The notes below the pieces were generated by a model. The model saw only the letters and a list, made by a program, of their open reading frames with translations, was not told where the DNA came from and searched no databases. From the NCBI GenBank assembly GCA_041497605.1, contig JBGQGW010000001.1, forward strand, positions 3,110 through 67,109: a DNA stretch of 64,000 nt, read 5' to 3'. Origin of the DNA: Terriglobia bacterium. Lineage in GTDB: Bacteria > Acidobacteriota > Terriglobia > Acidiferrales > UBA7541. Every line of letters starts with the position of its first letter. Positions within the stretch are counted from its first letter, which is position 1. The translations under genes were made by a program, and so were the position numbers. Positions 54,655 to 63,206 of this stretch are shown piece after piece.

Positions 54655-55112
54655 CAGCCCTTCCAGCTGACGGGTACATGCTCATCAGCGCTGGCATTGA
54701 GCGCCGCCGCTGTCGGCGGAACAAGTTTCAGGACTGAGCCTGCCGACTCGGCCCGATCCACTTCGGCCCAAGCCGCCCGCAGCGTAAACAAGTCCGTGAT
54801 CTGCCGCAAAAGCGTTTCCTTAGACATATGGAGCTGCGCTTTCCACAGGTTGGCGCGCAATGTTACATAGAATCCCTCCAAATTGCGGGCAACCTGTCCT
54901 CCCCGCTTCATGTCTAAACTTCCCTGTAGCCGGCCGATAACTTCAAGGGCGTGATTGATCCGGTTGGTGCGCAGTTCGATGTTGTTCTCTTCTATCGCCT
55001 GCGCGGCCTGTCTCAGATCTTGAATCACCTGCTCATACAGCAAAACGACGAGCCGGACGGCAGTGGCGCCGCGTACGTCGGCTTCGCGATAGGCAGTGCG
55101 GGCATTCGTCAT
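54654..55112 (-). CDS. fliS: flagellin-specific chaperone FliS
   Basis: 152 aa: YREADVRGATAVRLVVLLYEQVIQDLRQA...RINHALEVIGRLQGSLDMKRGGQVARNLEGFYVTL. Confidence 0.9.
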   Translation of the reverse strand: MTNARTAYREADVRGATAVRLVVLLYEQVIQDLRQAAQAIEENNIELRTNRINHALEVIGRLQGSLDMKRGGQVARNLEGFYVTLRANLWKAQLHMSKETLLRQITDLFTLRAAWAEVDRAESAGSVLKLVPPTAAALNASADEHVPVSWKG

Positions 55113-55114
55113 GG

Positions 55115-56551
55115 CTATCCTACCGGTGTCCCGGTTGCCGGCGTCGTGTTGGATGAGGTGGTCGAGGAGAACGGGCTGGACGTGCTTCCGTTGAGGGCGG
55201 CAATCTCAGCCGTGACTACCTGCAGAAGTGACGGATAGCCTTCGAGCGTCGCATTGACCCGGTTGTACAGGGCGGTCAATTGCTTTTGTTGGGCGCTCAG
55301 GCGGACTTGCAAGTGACCGATCTGGGTAGTTAGAGTCTTCTGCTGAGCTGTGTTTCCGGCAATATCGAGGTTTAATATGCCACTAAATGTATCAGTTAGT
55401 GTGGTGAGGCCACTCTTAAGCTGGTCGGCAAAACCGGTAGACGAAACATTCTGAAAGAAGCTCTGAACCGCGACGGGGTTTGTGGCTAGTACATTGCTCA
55501 ACGAAGGGTGGACATCGGTCGCCGTTTGGTTCACCGTCAGAGTCCCGTCATTGTTCAAGTCGATGCCCAACGAGGCCAAGTTGACCAGTCCGCTATTTCC
55601 CGGAATCGAGTAGGTCACGCCGGTGAGCAAGCTGGACTGCAATGAGCGCAAGGCGCTATCGCCCCCCAACGGTCCTTGGGTGTTGGTAGTCGGATCCACG
55701 GTGAACTGCGTGTTGAGATTGCCAATCACCGCGTTGTAGGCACTAACGAAGTTGTTGATCGCTGCCGTGGCTTGGGTCGCGTCGGGTCCCACAGTGACCT
55801 GCACTTGCGCTCCCGGTGCGGCGCTGGCCAGATTCAGCAAAACTCCGGGAATCGCGCCGGTTACCGTGTTGGTGGCACTGCTGAAAGGCACACTATCGAT
55901 GGTGAGCGATGCATTGGTTCCGCCCACGGGCGCATTGAAGGTCACGCCGGTAGTGTTGTTGGTAATGGCCAACGCTCCCGGGGCGCCACTGGACTGGCTG
56001 AAAATCGCCAGCCGTGCCCCGTCGGCGTCGTTTACAACATTTGCTGTCACTCCCCAGTTCTGGTTATCAATGTAGCTCGCTAATGTATTAAGGGTATCGT
56101 TGCTGCCTTGAGTGATGGGGATGTCACGAGTCACACCACTTACCCCGCCGACTTGCAGCTTAATGTCGCCGGTCGAGAAGGATGTGTTGCCGTCTGCCAG
56201 TGGGTTGGTAAAGAGCGTGCCGGTCGTGGCTAGACTGCTCACTACGATCTGATGGGTGCCAGCTGCGGCCGTGTTTTGGGCACTGGCGGTCAGGATGCTG
56301 GGTTGCGAGGAGTTTGCCGCGATGGCAGCCAGTACACCGTTGTGATCCGCGAGCGCGGTTACTGCCGTCGCTAAACTGGTGAGGTTGTTGTTAATCCCTA
56401 ACAGCAACCCGGCCTGGGTGGCTAAATCCGTTTGCTGGTTTTGCCAGATTGTTAATGAGCCAGCTTGCGGGGTGAGAATCGCGTTCACCACCGACGAAAC
56501 ATTAATTCCATTCCCATTCAGCAGACCCAAAGCATTAAAGCTGATTCCCAT
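55115..56551 (-). CDS. fliD: flagellar filament cap protein FliD
   Basis: From the ATG at 56551: MGISFNALGLLNGNGINVSSVVNAILTPQ... The C-terminus has a coiled region, QIGHLQVRLSAQQKQLTALYNRVNATLEGY. The tracked ORF starts at 56587. Confidence 0.9.
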   Translation of the reverse strand: MGISFNALGLLNGNGINVSSVVNAILTPQAGSLTIWQNQQTDLATQAGLLLGINNNLTSLATAVTALADHNGVLAAIAANSSQPSILTASAQNTAAAGTHQIVVSSLATTGTLFTNPLADGNTSFSTGDIKLQVGGVSGVTRDIPITQGSNDTLNTLASYIDNQNWGVTANVVNDADGARLAIFSQSSGAPGALAITNNTTGVTFNAPVGGTNASLTIDSVPFSSATNTVTGAIPGVLLNLASAAPGAQVQVTVGPDATQATAAINNFVSAYNAVIGNLNTQFTVDPTTNTQGPLGGDSALRSLQSSLLTGVTYSIPGNSGLVNLASLGIDLNNDGTLTVNQTATDVHPSLSNVLATNPVAVQSFFQNVSSTGFADQLKSGLTTLTDTFSGILNLDIAGNTAQQKTLTTQIGHLQVRLSAQQKQLTALYNRVNATLEGYPSLLQVVTAEIAALNGSTSSPFSSTTSSNTTPATGTPVG

Positions 56552-56734
56552 GGTTTTTCTCCTGCTCCTTCCCGGCGGCAGGGCCACCCGATCTGTGTCC
56601 TGTCAATTTCCGCGTCTGGACTATTCCTCGAATCGTTCCTCAGCAGGGCACCGCGGCGCGCACCTTATTCTCGGGAGTCGGAGGCTCAACCCCAGCCGTA
56701 CCAGGTTTCACCGGGCCAGCGCTCATACCCACCT

Positions 56735-56775
56735 AAAAAAATCGAGAGGGGGCGGGATTGCACCGTCCCCTCTTC
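56735..56775 (-). terminator. intrinsic terminator after fliC
   Basis: The minus strand reads AGAGGGGAcggtgcaatcccgCCCCCTCT followed by cgaTTTTTTT, starting about 10 nt after the fliC stop. Confidence 0.85.
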
Positions 56776-56784
56776 GAGTAAGAC

Positions 56785-58746
56785 TTACTGAAGCAGCTTA
56801 AGTACGAGCTGCTGTTGCTGGTTGGCCTGGGCCAGGGCGGAAATTCCGGTCTGTTCCAGGATGGAAAACTTGGCCAGGGACGCCACCGTGGATGGAATAT
56901 CGGCGGCTCGGATACCGTCTTCTGCACCCGTCAGATTTTGCACCTGGTTGGTGATGACTCCGGCAGCACTCTGCAATCGGTTGACGGCTGCGCCGATCGT
57001 GCCGCGCAGGCCGGCAACCGTTTGGATGGCCGTGTTGATGGTCGCCAGCGCGGCGGTGGCGTCGGTAATGTTTAATAGGTCGTTTACCGATCCAGCCGTG
57101 CCATTAGCCAAGTCCGCAGCACCGAATGTGTTGGCCGTCCCCGTTACCGTTGTAGCGATACTGTTGCCGGCGATGCCGGGAGTTAATGCGGTGAATACGA
57201 TTGCGGTTGCCGTCGCCACTGCCGAGACAGAAGTATTGGCCACTGTGGGACTTCCGTAGGTAACGCCCGAGCCGCTCGCGCCGTTGACGGCATTCGCCAG
57301 GTTGGCAAGGCTGGCAGCTTCCGTAACGCCCACCAGGATCTCATCTGCCGTGGGAGTGTTGCTGAGGGAGGTCACGAAGGTGTAGGTTTGCGTGCCCACC
57401 GTCACGGTATCGCCTGCGGCGGCGACCGGAGGGGCTCCGGTATTGGCGCCTCCAGTGAAAAACCCGGTGGCGAAGGAGCCGGAGCTTGCCGACGCAGTGA
57501 TAAAGTTGCCGCCGGTGCCAGTGGTAAGAGCGGTGAAGGTGTCCTCGGTTCCCACAAATCCCGCAGTTGCGGCCGCCGAGACGTTGGCATTTTTCGTAGT
57601 ATTGCTGCTATAGTTACTTCCGCCCGAGCCGTTGACCGCCAGCACAAGATTCGCTAGGCCGGTAGCTTCGCTACTGCTTATCACCTCATTCGCCGTCGCA
57701 GTGGTGCTGAGGGCAGCCACGAAGGTGTAGGTTTGGCCGCCAACCGTTACGGTGGCGCCAGCGGTGCCGCCAAGGAGTGTCGAGGAAGCGCCAAAATTTG
57801 CCCCCGATGACGCATAAGTGATAGCGTTTCCGGCGGTGCCATTAACGAGTGCCTTCAAAGAGATCGTGGTTCCGTTGGATGCGGTGGACTTGAGGGCAGT
57901 ATTGGCGACTGTTGGGAGCCCATAGACAACTCCGGCACCACCAGATGTGGTGTTGATCGCAGACGCCAGATTCGCTAAGGCTTCCGTTTCATTCGCACCG
58001 AGGGAAACCTCATTTGCCACTCCAGCCCCTCCGGTGAGGGCCGTCACGAATGTGTAGACTTGGCCATTGAGCGTCACGGTGTCGAGGTTGGCTGGAGGCG
58101 CGACGGCGGTTAGTGTAGCGGTGGCAACAGCGGAGGCCGTGAAATTGACTCCGGTATAGACGTCGGAGGCAGCAACGGCAGCCGAGCCCGCCGCTTGGCT
58201 CAGGGTGCCGGTGGCGGCGACCGCTCCCCCTAAGCTCAGGCCAGTGGAGGACAACAGACCGGTGGTCACACCGATGATGCTGTTGCTGGTGGCGCCAGCG
58301 TCACTCAAGAAAATATTGAGAGTACTTGCGGTGAAAACCTGCCCGCCGTTGTAATTTGTCTTGGAACCGACGCGGTCGATTTCCGCTTTGATGGCGGTAA
58401 ATTCGGCGTCCAGCGCGACACGTTGCGGATCGGAGACAGTACCGGTTGCGGCTTCGGTGGCCAGCGTAACGGCGCGGTTGAGCAGGGTAGTCACCTGCGC
58501 CAGCGAGCCATCCGCCACCTGCAATTCGCCGACGCCATCGTTGGCATTTCGGGCGGATTGCGTCAGGGCGGTAATGTTGGCATGTAAACCGTCGGCAATA
58601 GCCAGGCCGGCGGCGTCATCCGCGCCACTGTTGATGCGCGATCCGGAGGACAGTTGAAACAAGGCTTGGTTAAGACTTTTACTCGTAACGCCCAATTGGT
58701 TTTGTGCTGCGATCGATGCAATGTTGTTCAAAATGCTGAGTGCCAT
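56785..58746 (-). CDS. fliC: flagellin (large, 653 aa, with a triplicated central module)
   Basis: N-terminus: MALSILNNIASIAAQNQLGVTSKSLNQALFQLSSGSRINSGADDAAGLAIA. C-terminus: LRGTIGAAVNRLQSA...DIPSTVASLAKFSILEQTGISALAQANQQQQLVLKLLQ. The central 400 aa or so are G/T/A/S/N-rich. Confidence 0.95.
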   Translation of the reverse strand: MALSILNNIASIAAQNQLGVTSKSLNQALFQLSSGSRINSGADDAAGLAIADGLHANITALTQSARNANDGVGELQVADGSLAQVTTLLNRAVTLATEAATGTVSDPQRVALDAEFTAIKAEIDRVGSKTNYNGGQVFTASTLNIFLSDAGATSNSIIGVTTGLLSSTGLSLGGAVAATGTLSQAAGSAAVAASDVYTGVNFTASAVATATLTAVAPPANLDTVTLNGQVYTFVTALTGGAGVANEVSLGANETEALANLASAINTTSGGAGVVYGLPTVANTALKSTASNGTTISLKALVNGTAGNAITYASSGANFGASSTLLGGTAGATVTVGGQTYTFVAALSTTATANEVISSSEATGLANLVLAVNGSGGSNYSSNTTKNANVSAAATAGFVGTEDTFTALTTGTGGNFITASASSGSFATGFFTGGANTGAPPVAAAGDTVTVGTQTYTFVTSLSNTPTADEILVGVTEAASLANLANAVNGASGSGVTYGSPTVANTSVSAVATATAIVFTALTPGIAGNSIATTVTGTANTFGAADLANGTAGSVNDLLNITDATAALATINTAIQTVAGLRGTIGAAVNRLQSAAGVITNQVQNLTGAEDGIRAADIPSTVASLAKFSILEQTGISALAQANQQQQLVLKLLQ

Positions 58747-58751
58747 GGTTT

Positions 58752-58797
58752 AAGGCTCCTTTTTGTTCGAATTGTACGTCTAGAGTCCGGGAGCCTT
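58752..58797 (-). promoter_or_regulatory. fliC 5'-UTR hairpin that pairs the Shine-Dalgarno region with an upstream anti-SD
   Basis: In the mRNA, AAGGCTCC (58797..58790) and GGAGCCTT (58759..58752) are perfect 8-nt complements separated by 30 nt. The 3' arm contains the GGAG that lies 9 nt or so before the ATG. Confidence 0.4.
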
Positions 58798-58871
58798 AGT
58801 GCGAAGGGTTTGAACCCTTTACGCCAACTGACTCGCATTTCGTTTCGGAACTACCAACGTACTCTTTCTGT

Positions 58872-58898
58872 TTATCGGCGATTGTGGGAAAGCCTTTA
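58872..58898 (-). promoter_or_regulatory. sigma-28 (FliA) promoter of fliC
   Basis: The minus strand reads TAAA-ggctttcccacaatc-GCCGATAA, an exact TAAA-N15-GCCGATAA match, about 125 nt upstream of the fliC ATG. Confidence 0.85.
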
Positions 58899-59354
58899 AT
58901 TCTCATAACACGCTTGTTGTGAACTGCTTGCCATGTTGGGAACGGCTGCGGCCCGATTGACCTGCTGCAAATCGTGGCACTTATCATCCTTGTGGTCAGC
59001 TTGCCTCTCCGCGCGGAGCCTTGGATCCGCTTCTCGCGTGCGGACGCCTCCAGTTGCATCGCCCGATCGGACGCGAACCGTTCAAATCCGCAATGCACAG
59101 CCCCAAGTCCTGGAACCGCAATGAGAGATTTCATTTTTTCCTCACCTAATTTCCACTTGCCTCGTCCTTTGCTGCAAGAAGGCAAAGATGTATGGGGACC
59201 GAACAGGATTTGCTTGGTGGCTCCAACACCAGAGCCGCACGAAGCAAATCGTCCCATAGATCAAGCAACCGAGTGGCCATTTCGATGCGTTCACTCAGGG
59301 CAACCTTCGGGGAGAAAAGTGATGTCTGGTTTCCAACATTTTCAAGCACATCTA

Positions 59355-59381
59355 TCAACTCTTCCAGAATCCTGCCGATAA
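59355..59381 (+). promoter_or_regulatory. sigma-28-type promoter of flbD-motAB
   Basis: TCAA-ctcttccagaatcct-GCCGATAA has N15 spacing, a perfect -10 box and 3 of 4 matches in the -35 box. It lies about 80 nt upstream of flbD. Confidence 0.65.
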
Positions 59382-59462
59382 GAGAGTCGGGCCGGCTCCC
59401 GCTCTTGTCTCCTCGCGACTGGGCAGACTGCCTCAAGTGAAAGCAGATGAGGAGATTCTTAG

Positions 59463-59765
59463 ATGATCCAACTTACCAGACTGAATAAGCGCCCCATCGG
59501 AGTGAACTCTGACCTGATCAAGTTCATTGAAAACGCACCCGACACCCTGATCACGTTGTTGACGGGAGAACGGATTCTGGTTCTCGAGACGTTCGAAGAA
59601 ATCATGGAACGCATCGTGGCATTCCGCCAGCGGGTGCTCTCGGGGCTTGATCTCACGACCTATGTTTCCAATGCACCAGGCAATGAGGCAGCCCGTCTGC
59701 CGGGAGTCATTAAAGAAGATGGTGAAATCGGCGGCGCGGAAGGCACAACACAGGAGCCACGCTGA
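59463..59765 (+). CDS. flbD: flagellar protein FlbD
   Basis: 100 aa: MIQLTRLNKRPIGVNSDLIKFIENAPDTLITLLTGERILVLETFEEIMERIVAFR, the typical FlbD domain. A C-terminal extension follows. It is immediately upstream of motA. Confidence 0.8.
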   Translation: MIQLTRLNKRPIGVNSDLIKFIENAPDTLITLLTGERILVLETFEEIMERIVAFRQRVLSGLDLTTYVSNAPGNEAARLPGVIKEDGEIGGAEGTTQEPR

Positions 59766-60544
59766 TGGACAAGAGCTCCTTCGGCGGCCTTGCTCTGGCA
59801 ATCTTCGGAATTCTGGCAGGATTGCTTTTGGAAGGCGGAAATATCACGCAGGTCATTCAGCCCACCGCAGCCATGATTGTTTTTGGCGGGACGCTTGGCG
59901 CCGTTATGCTCCAGTTCCCGATGCCTATGGTGCTGGCTTCCTTCGCAAGTTTGATTCAAGTTTTCTTCGAGCGCGGCCAGAATCCGCACTTCGTAATTCA
60001 GCGGCTCGTGGAATACGCCGATCAGGCACGCAAAAAGGGAATCGTGTCGCTCGATAGCGTGCTCGACAGTATCGAAGATCCCTTTCTCAAGAAATCCCTG
60101 ATGTTGGCGGTGGACGGCACAGAACCGGAAGAACTGAGAAGGATGATGCAGCTCGAACTGGATAACCAGGCCGAGCACGAAGAAAACATTCCGCGGGTGT
60201 ACGAATCCGCGGGCGGATTTTCGCCGACGATTGGAATTATCGGCGCGGTGCTGGGACTGATTCAAGTAATGCAGCACCTCGAAAACATCGAGGATGTTGG
60301 CCGCGGAATCGCAGTGGCCTTCGTAGCCACCATTTATGGGGTAGGCGCCGCCAATTTGTTTTTCCTTCCGGCAGCAGGCAAATTGAAAATTCGATTGCGG
60401 GAACACCAGGTGATCCGGGAAATGATATTGGAAGGAGTCATTTCCATCCTGGAAGGCATGAATCCGCGAATGCTTCAAACGAAGCTGCTTGGATTTCTCT
60501 CGGAAACCAAAGCAACGGAAAAGGTGAACGCGAATGCGGCGTAA
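59765..60544 (+). CDS. motA: flagellar stator protein MotA
   Basis: 259 aa, four TM segments: GGFSPTIGIIGAVLGLIQVM...IAVAFVATIYGVGAANLFFLPAAGKLK. Confidence 0.9.
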   Translation: MDKSSFGGLALAIFGILAGLLLEGGNITQVIQPTAAMIVFGGTLGAVMLQFPMPMVLASFASLIQVFFERGQNPHFVIQRLVEYADQARKKGIVSLDSVLDSIEDPFLKKSLMLAVDGTEPEELRRMMQLELDNQAEHEENIPRVYESAGGFSPTIGIIGAVLGLIQVMQHLENIEDVGRGIAVAFVATIYGVGAANLFFLPAAGKLKIRLREHQVIREMILEGVISILEGMNPRMLQTKLLGFLSETKATEKVNANAA

Positions 60545-61385
60545 ACGGAAACAGGCGGAGCACATCAACCATGATCGCTGGCTCGTCTCTTACGCCGATT
60601 TTATTACTCTGCTCTTTGCTTTGTTCGTTGTGATGTTTGCAACTGCGCGCTTGGACCGTAAGAAAGCCGTCAAGCTCTCGGCGGCGATTCAGGGCGCTTT
60701 CCAGCATCTAGGGATGTTCGATAGTTCCGCCGCTCACGCTCCGATCGGCGCGAGCGGCCAAAGCTTGCTCGATGACGCGAAGGAAGCGGAGAAGCTGATC
60801 TCGGATTCCGATCTTGCGAGAGTTCAAGAGGCGGCTAAGAGTGCCGGCAACGATGCGGTCCTCGATTTGCCGGTCACTGAATTGCAGAAGGAGCTCGAGA
60901 AAGAACTTGCGCCAGAGATCCAAAGGCGAGAGGCCACAGTAAAGGTTGGCCGCGATGGCTTGGTGATCAGCCTTCGGGAAATCGGGTTTTTCGACAGCGG
61001 ATCCGCCAAATTGCGGCCCGGCTCTGAGCCGGCACTGCACCGTATCGCTACCGTGCTGGCCGGGCAGCAGCATCATGTGCGGATCGAGGGGCACACGGAT
61101 AATGTGCCAATCCACAACAGCCAGTTCGGCTCGAACTGGGAGCTCTCCACGGCACGGGCTACGGAAATCGTCAAATTGTTCATCATGCGTTACGGATTTA
61201 TCGCATCCCACCTGGAAGCCGCGGGTTACGCTGAGTACCACCCCGTCACGCTAAATATCTCGCCGGAAACTCGAGCGATGAACCGGCGTGTGGATATTGT
61301 CGTTCTCTCTCGAATCGGTTCGCTCCTTCCCACTTCCGAGACAAATTTCAAAGTAGAACCGGTAAAGGCTCTTCCTTTGAATTGA
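60534..61385 (+). CDS. motB: flagellar stator protein MotB (OmpA-like C-terminal domain)
   Basis: 283 aa: HDRWLVSYADFITLLFALFVVMFA (TM with the conserved Asp)...IEGHTDNVPI....FGSNWELSTARATEIVKL...NRRVDIVV. Confidence 0.9.
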   Translation: MRRKRKQAEHINHDRWLVSYADFITLLFALFVVMFATARLDRKKAVKLSAAIQGAFQHLGMFDSSAAHAPIGASGQSLLDDAKEAEKLISDSDLARVQEAAKSAGNDAVLDLPVTELQKELEKELAPEIQRREATVKVGRDGLVISLREIGFFDSGSAKLRPGSEPALHRIATVLAGQQHHVRIEGHTDNVPIHNSQFGSNWELSTARATEIVKLFIMRYGFIASHLEAAGYAEYHPVTLNISPETRAMNRRVDIVVLSRIGSLLPTSETNFKVEPVKALPLN

Positions 61386-61511
61386 CTCCCCGCCAGCGCC
61401 GATCTTCCAACGAGTCATTCTCGTTCCTGTGGATTCAAGAAATTGTCAGCCCTGCCGATTTGCTCGTCAAGTGGTGAGTATCCGTACCGCCGATTCGATG
61501 AGGAGAAGCTA

Positions 61512-62627
61512 ATGTTCAAAGTATTCCGGCTAATTCTGATTGCAAGTCTTTGCGTGCTTTCCCTGAATCTTGTGCTGACGAGGACCGCTCGCGCAGCAGA
61601 GAAAGACGCAGCGATCGCGACTCCAACACCAGCGCCCGCGCCGGTATCCTTTTTCTCGCGACACGTCAGTTTCGAAGTGATGGATGGTTCCCTGCGTTAT
61701 CGCTACATAGATACTGGGGCGCACAAACTGACGGATCGCGACCTCCAATACAAGCTGAGCACTCACGTGAAGGTCAGTTTGTGGGGGGATGGGAAGACTT
61801 ACATCATATTGCGCGGCGAATCAGGCCGGAATTTCCAGAACAGTTTCGACTATACCGGCGTGGGAATGAACAAGAGCCGCTGGACCTATAACGTCAAGTC
61901 CTTGTATGCCGGTCAAAAAATTGGTTCGCATCTGGAAGCGCAAGCCGGCGGAATCGAGTACGACTGGGGAGCAGGAACCGAAGCGACCTACGCTGACAAT
62001 GACGGATGGCTGGATGGCTACCGCCTGCGGTACACCACAGCCGGTCACGCGTGGGCGCCGGACAAAGTGAGCATCACGGTAGGGTACGTCGGTGATCTAG
62101 CGGATCCAAATGAATTCGCCCGGCTCTACCGGTTGGGTGATGAAAATTACATCCAAGTGCTCTTTCAGAAGAAGATTCTCAAAAACGGCAATGCCTCCGC
62201 CGAATTTTTCTCATTGCAAGGGATTCGTTACGAGCGTTCGGCTGTGCGCTGGAAAAACGTGCACGCCTATCTGTTTGATGAGATCGAGGCCGAGCAAGTG
62301 GTGCGAGCCACGGACAATGGCTCTTTCGGCTGGTTCGGCACTCTCTCTCGGAAGCTGGATCAGAAGGGTCGATTCGTTCCGGGCTTTTATTACAGCAATG
62401 TACCCACGCAACTGTACCTGAATGGAAAGACGCAGATGTGGGTGAACGGCGACAGCTACGCGTTGGGAAAACGGGTCGGCCCGACATTCAAGTACACCCC
62501 AAACAGGCAACTCGAATTCACCCTATTCGGGTCGGATCGATTGGACAGAACGCCAGGGCCGCGGTACCGCGGACAGATCCAGGTGCGGTACCAATTCGCT
62601 AGCCTTTTGAATCAGGCTCTGCGCTAA
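61512..62627 (+). CDS. predicted outer-membrane beta-barrel protein (unknown family) downstream of motB
   Basis: The ATG at 61512 follows GAGGAG: MFKVFRLILIASLCVLSLNLVLTRTARA (signal peptide). Alternating hydrophobic/aromatic beta-strand patterns run throughout, and the C-terminal region is YRGQIQVRYQF. Confidence 0.55.
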   Translation: MFKVFRLILIASLCVLSLNLVLTRTARAAEKDAAIATPTPAPAPVSFFSRHVSFEVMDGSLRYRYIDTGAHKLTDRDLQYKLSTHVKVSLWGDGKTYIILRGESGRNFQNSFDYTGVGMNKSRWTYNVKSLYAGQKIGSHLEAQAGGIEYDWGAGTEATYADNDGWLDGYRLRYTTAGHAWAPDKVSITVGYVGDLADPNEFARLYRLGDENYIQVLFQKKILKNGNASAEFFSLQGIRYERSAVRWKNVHAYLFDEIEAEQVVRATDNGSFGWFGTLSRKLDQKGRFVPGFYYSNVPTQLYLNGKTQMWVNGDSYALGKRVGPTFKYTPNRQLEFTLFGSDRLDRTPGPRYRGQIQVRYQFASLLNQALR

Positions 62628-63091
62628 CCAAGGCTTCGCGGAGGCACGGTTGCCGGACTGCGCCTCCGACATTGTGCTTTGGGCTTTCCATGGCCAGCCG
62701 CACGAAGGATGTTCCCGATAGTGCAAGCTCTCAAGACATTGCGGCGATCAAGACTCCACACACCATGTGGATGAATCTAGGCGCTGGATCAAAAGTTCGT
62801 TGATAAAGGGAGTTCCATAATGGTTTGCGTCATGGGTCACCCCGGTGCGCCGGCCTTCATTAGTTAGGCGTTGAAGGTCCAAAAGCGAACAGTAACGACG
62901 TGTATAGATTCAGGGCGATACGCTCATTCGATCGCTTTCTTCGCAAACCGCCGCATTGGCAAGACAATTCTGAGTTTCAATGCGATTGAGATATTTGGCA
63001 GACGACCCAAAGGGTCTGGCTTCGAACGTGCAGCAACGTGTGCGGTAAACTTTGCGTGAACTTTTCCAGAGCAACCGATCAGCGGGAGTGG

Positions 63092-63118
63092 TCAAATTCG
63101 GCGCCGCCGGGCCGATGC
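63092..63118 (+). promoter_or_regulatory. sigma-28-type promoter of the MCP gene
   Basis: TCAA-attcggcgccgccgg-GCCGATGC has the same TCAA-N15-GCCGAT architecture as the flbD promoter. It lies about 90 nt upstream of the ATG at 63207. Confidence 0.5.
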
Positions 63119-63206
63119 ATACAGACAGAGATTCCTAAACGGGGCCATGAAGCACTCTAGAAGATGCCACAAAACTTAATTTCCGAGAGGAAAAGGACAA
63201 GCAAAC

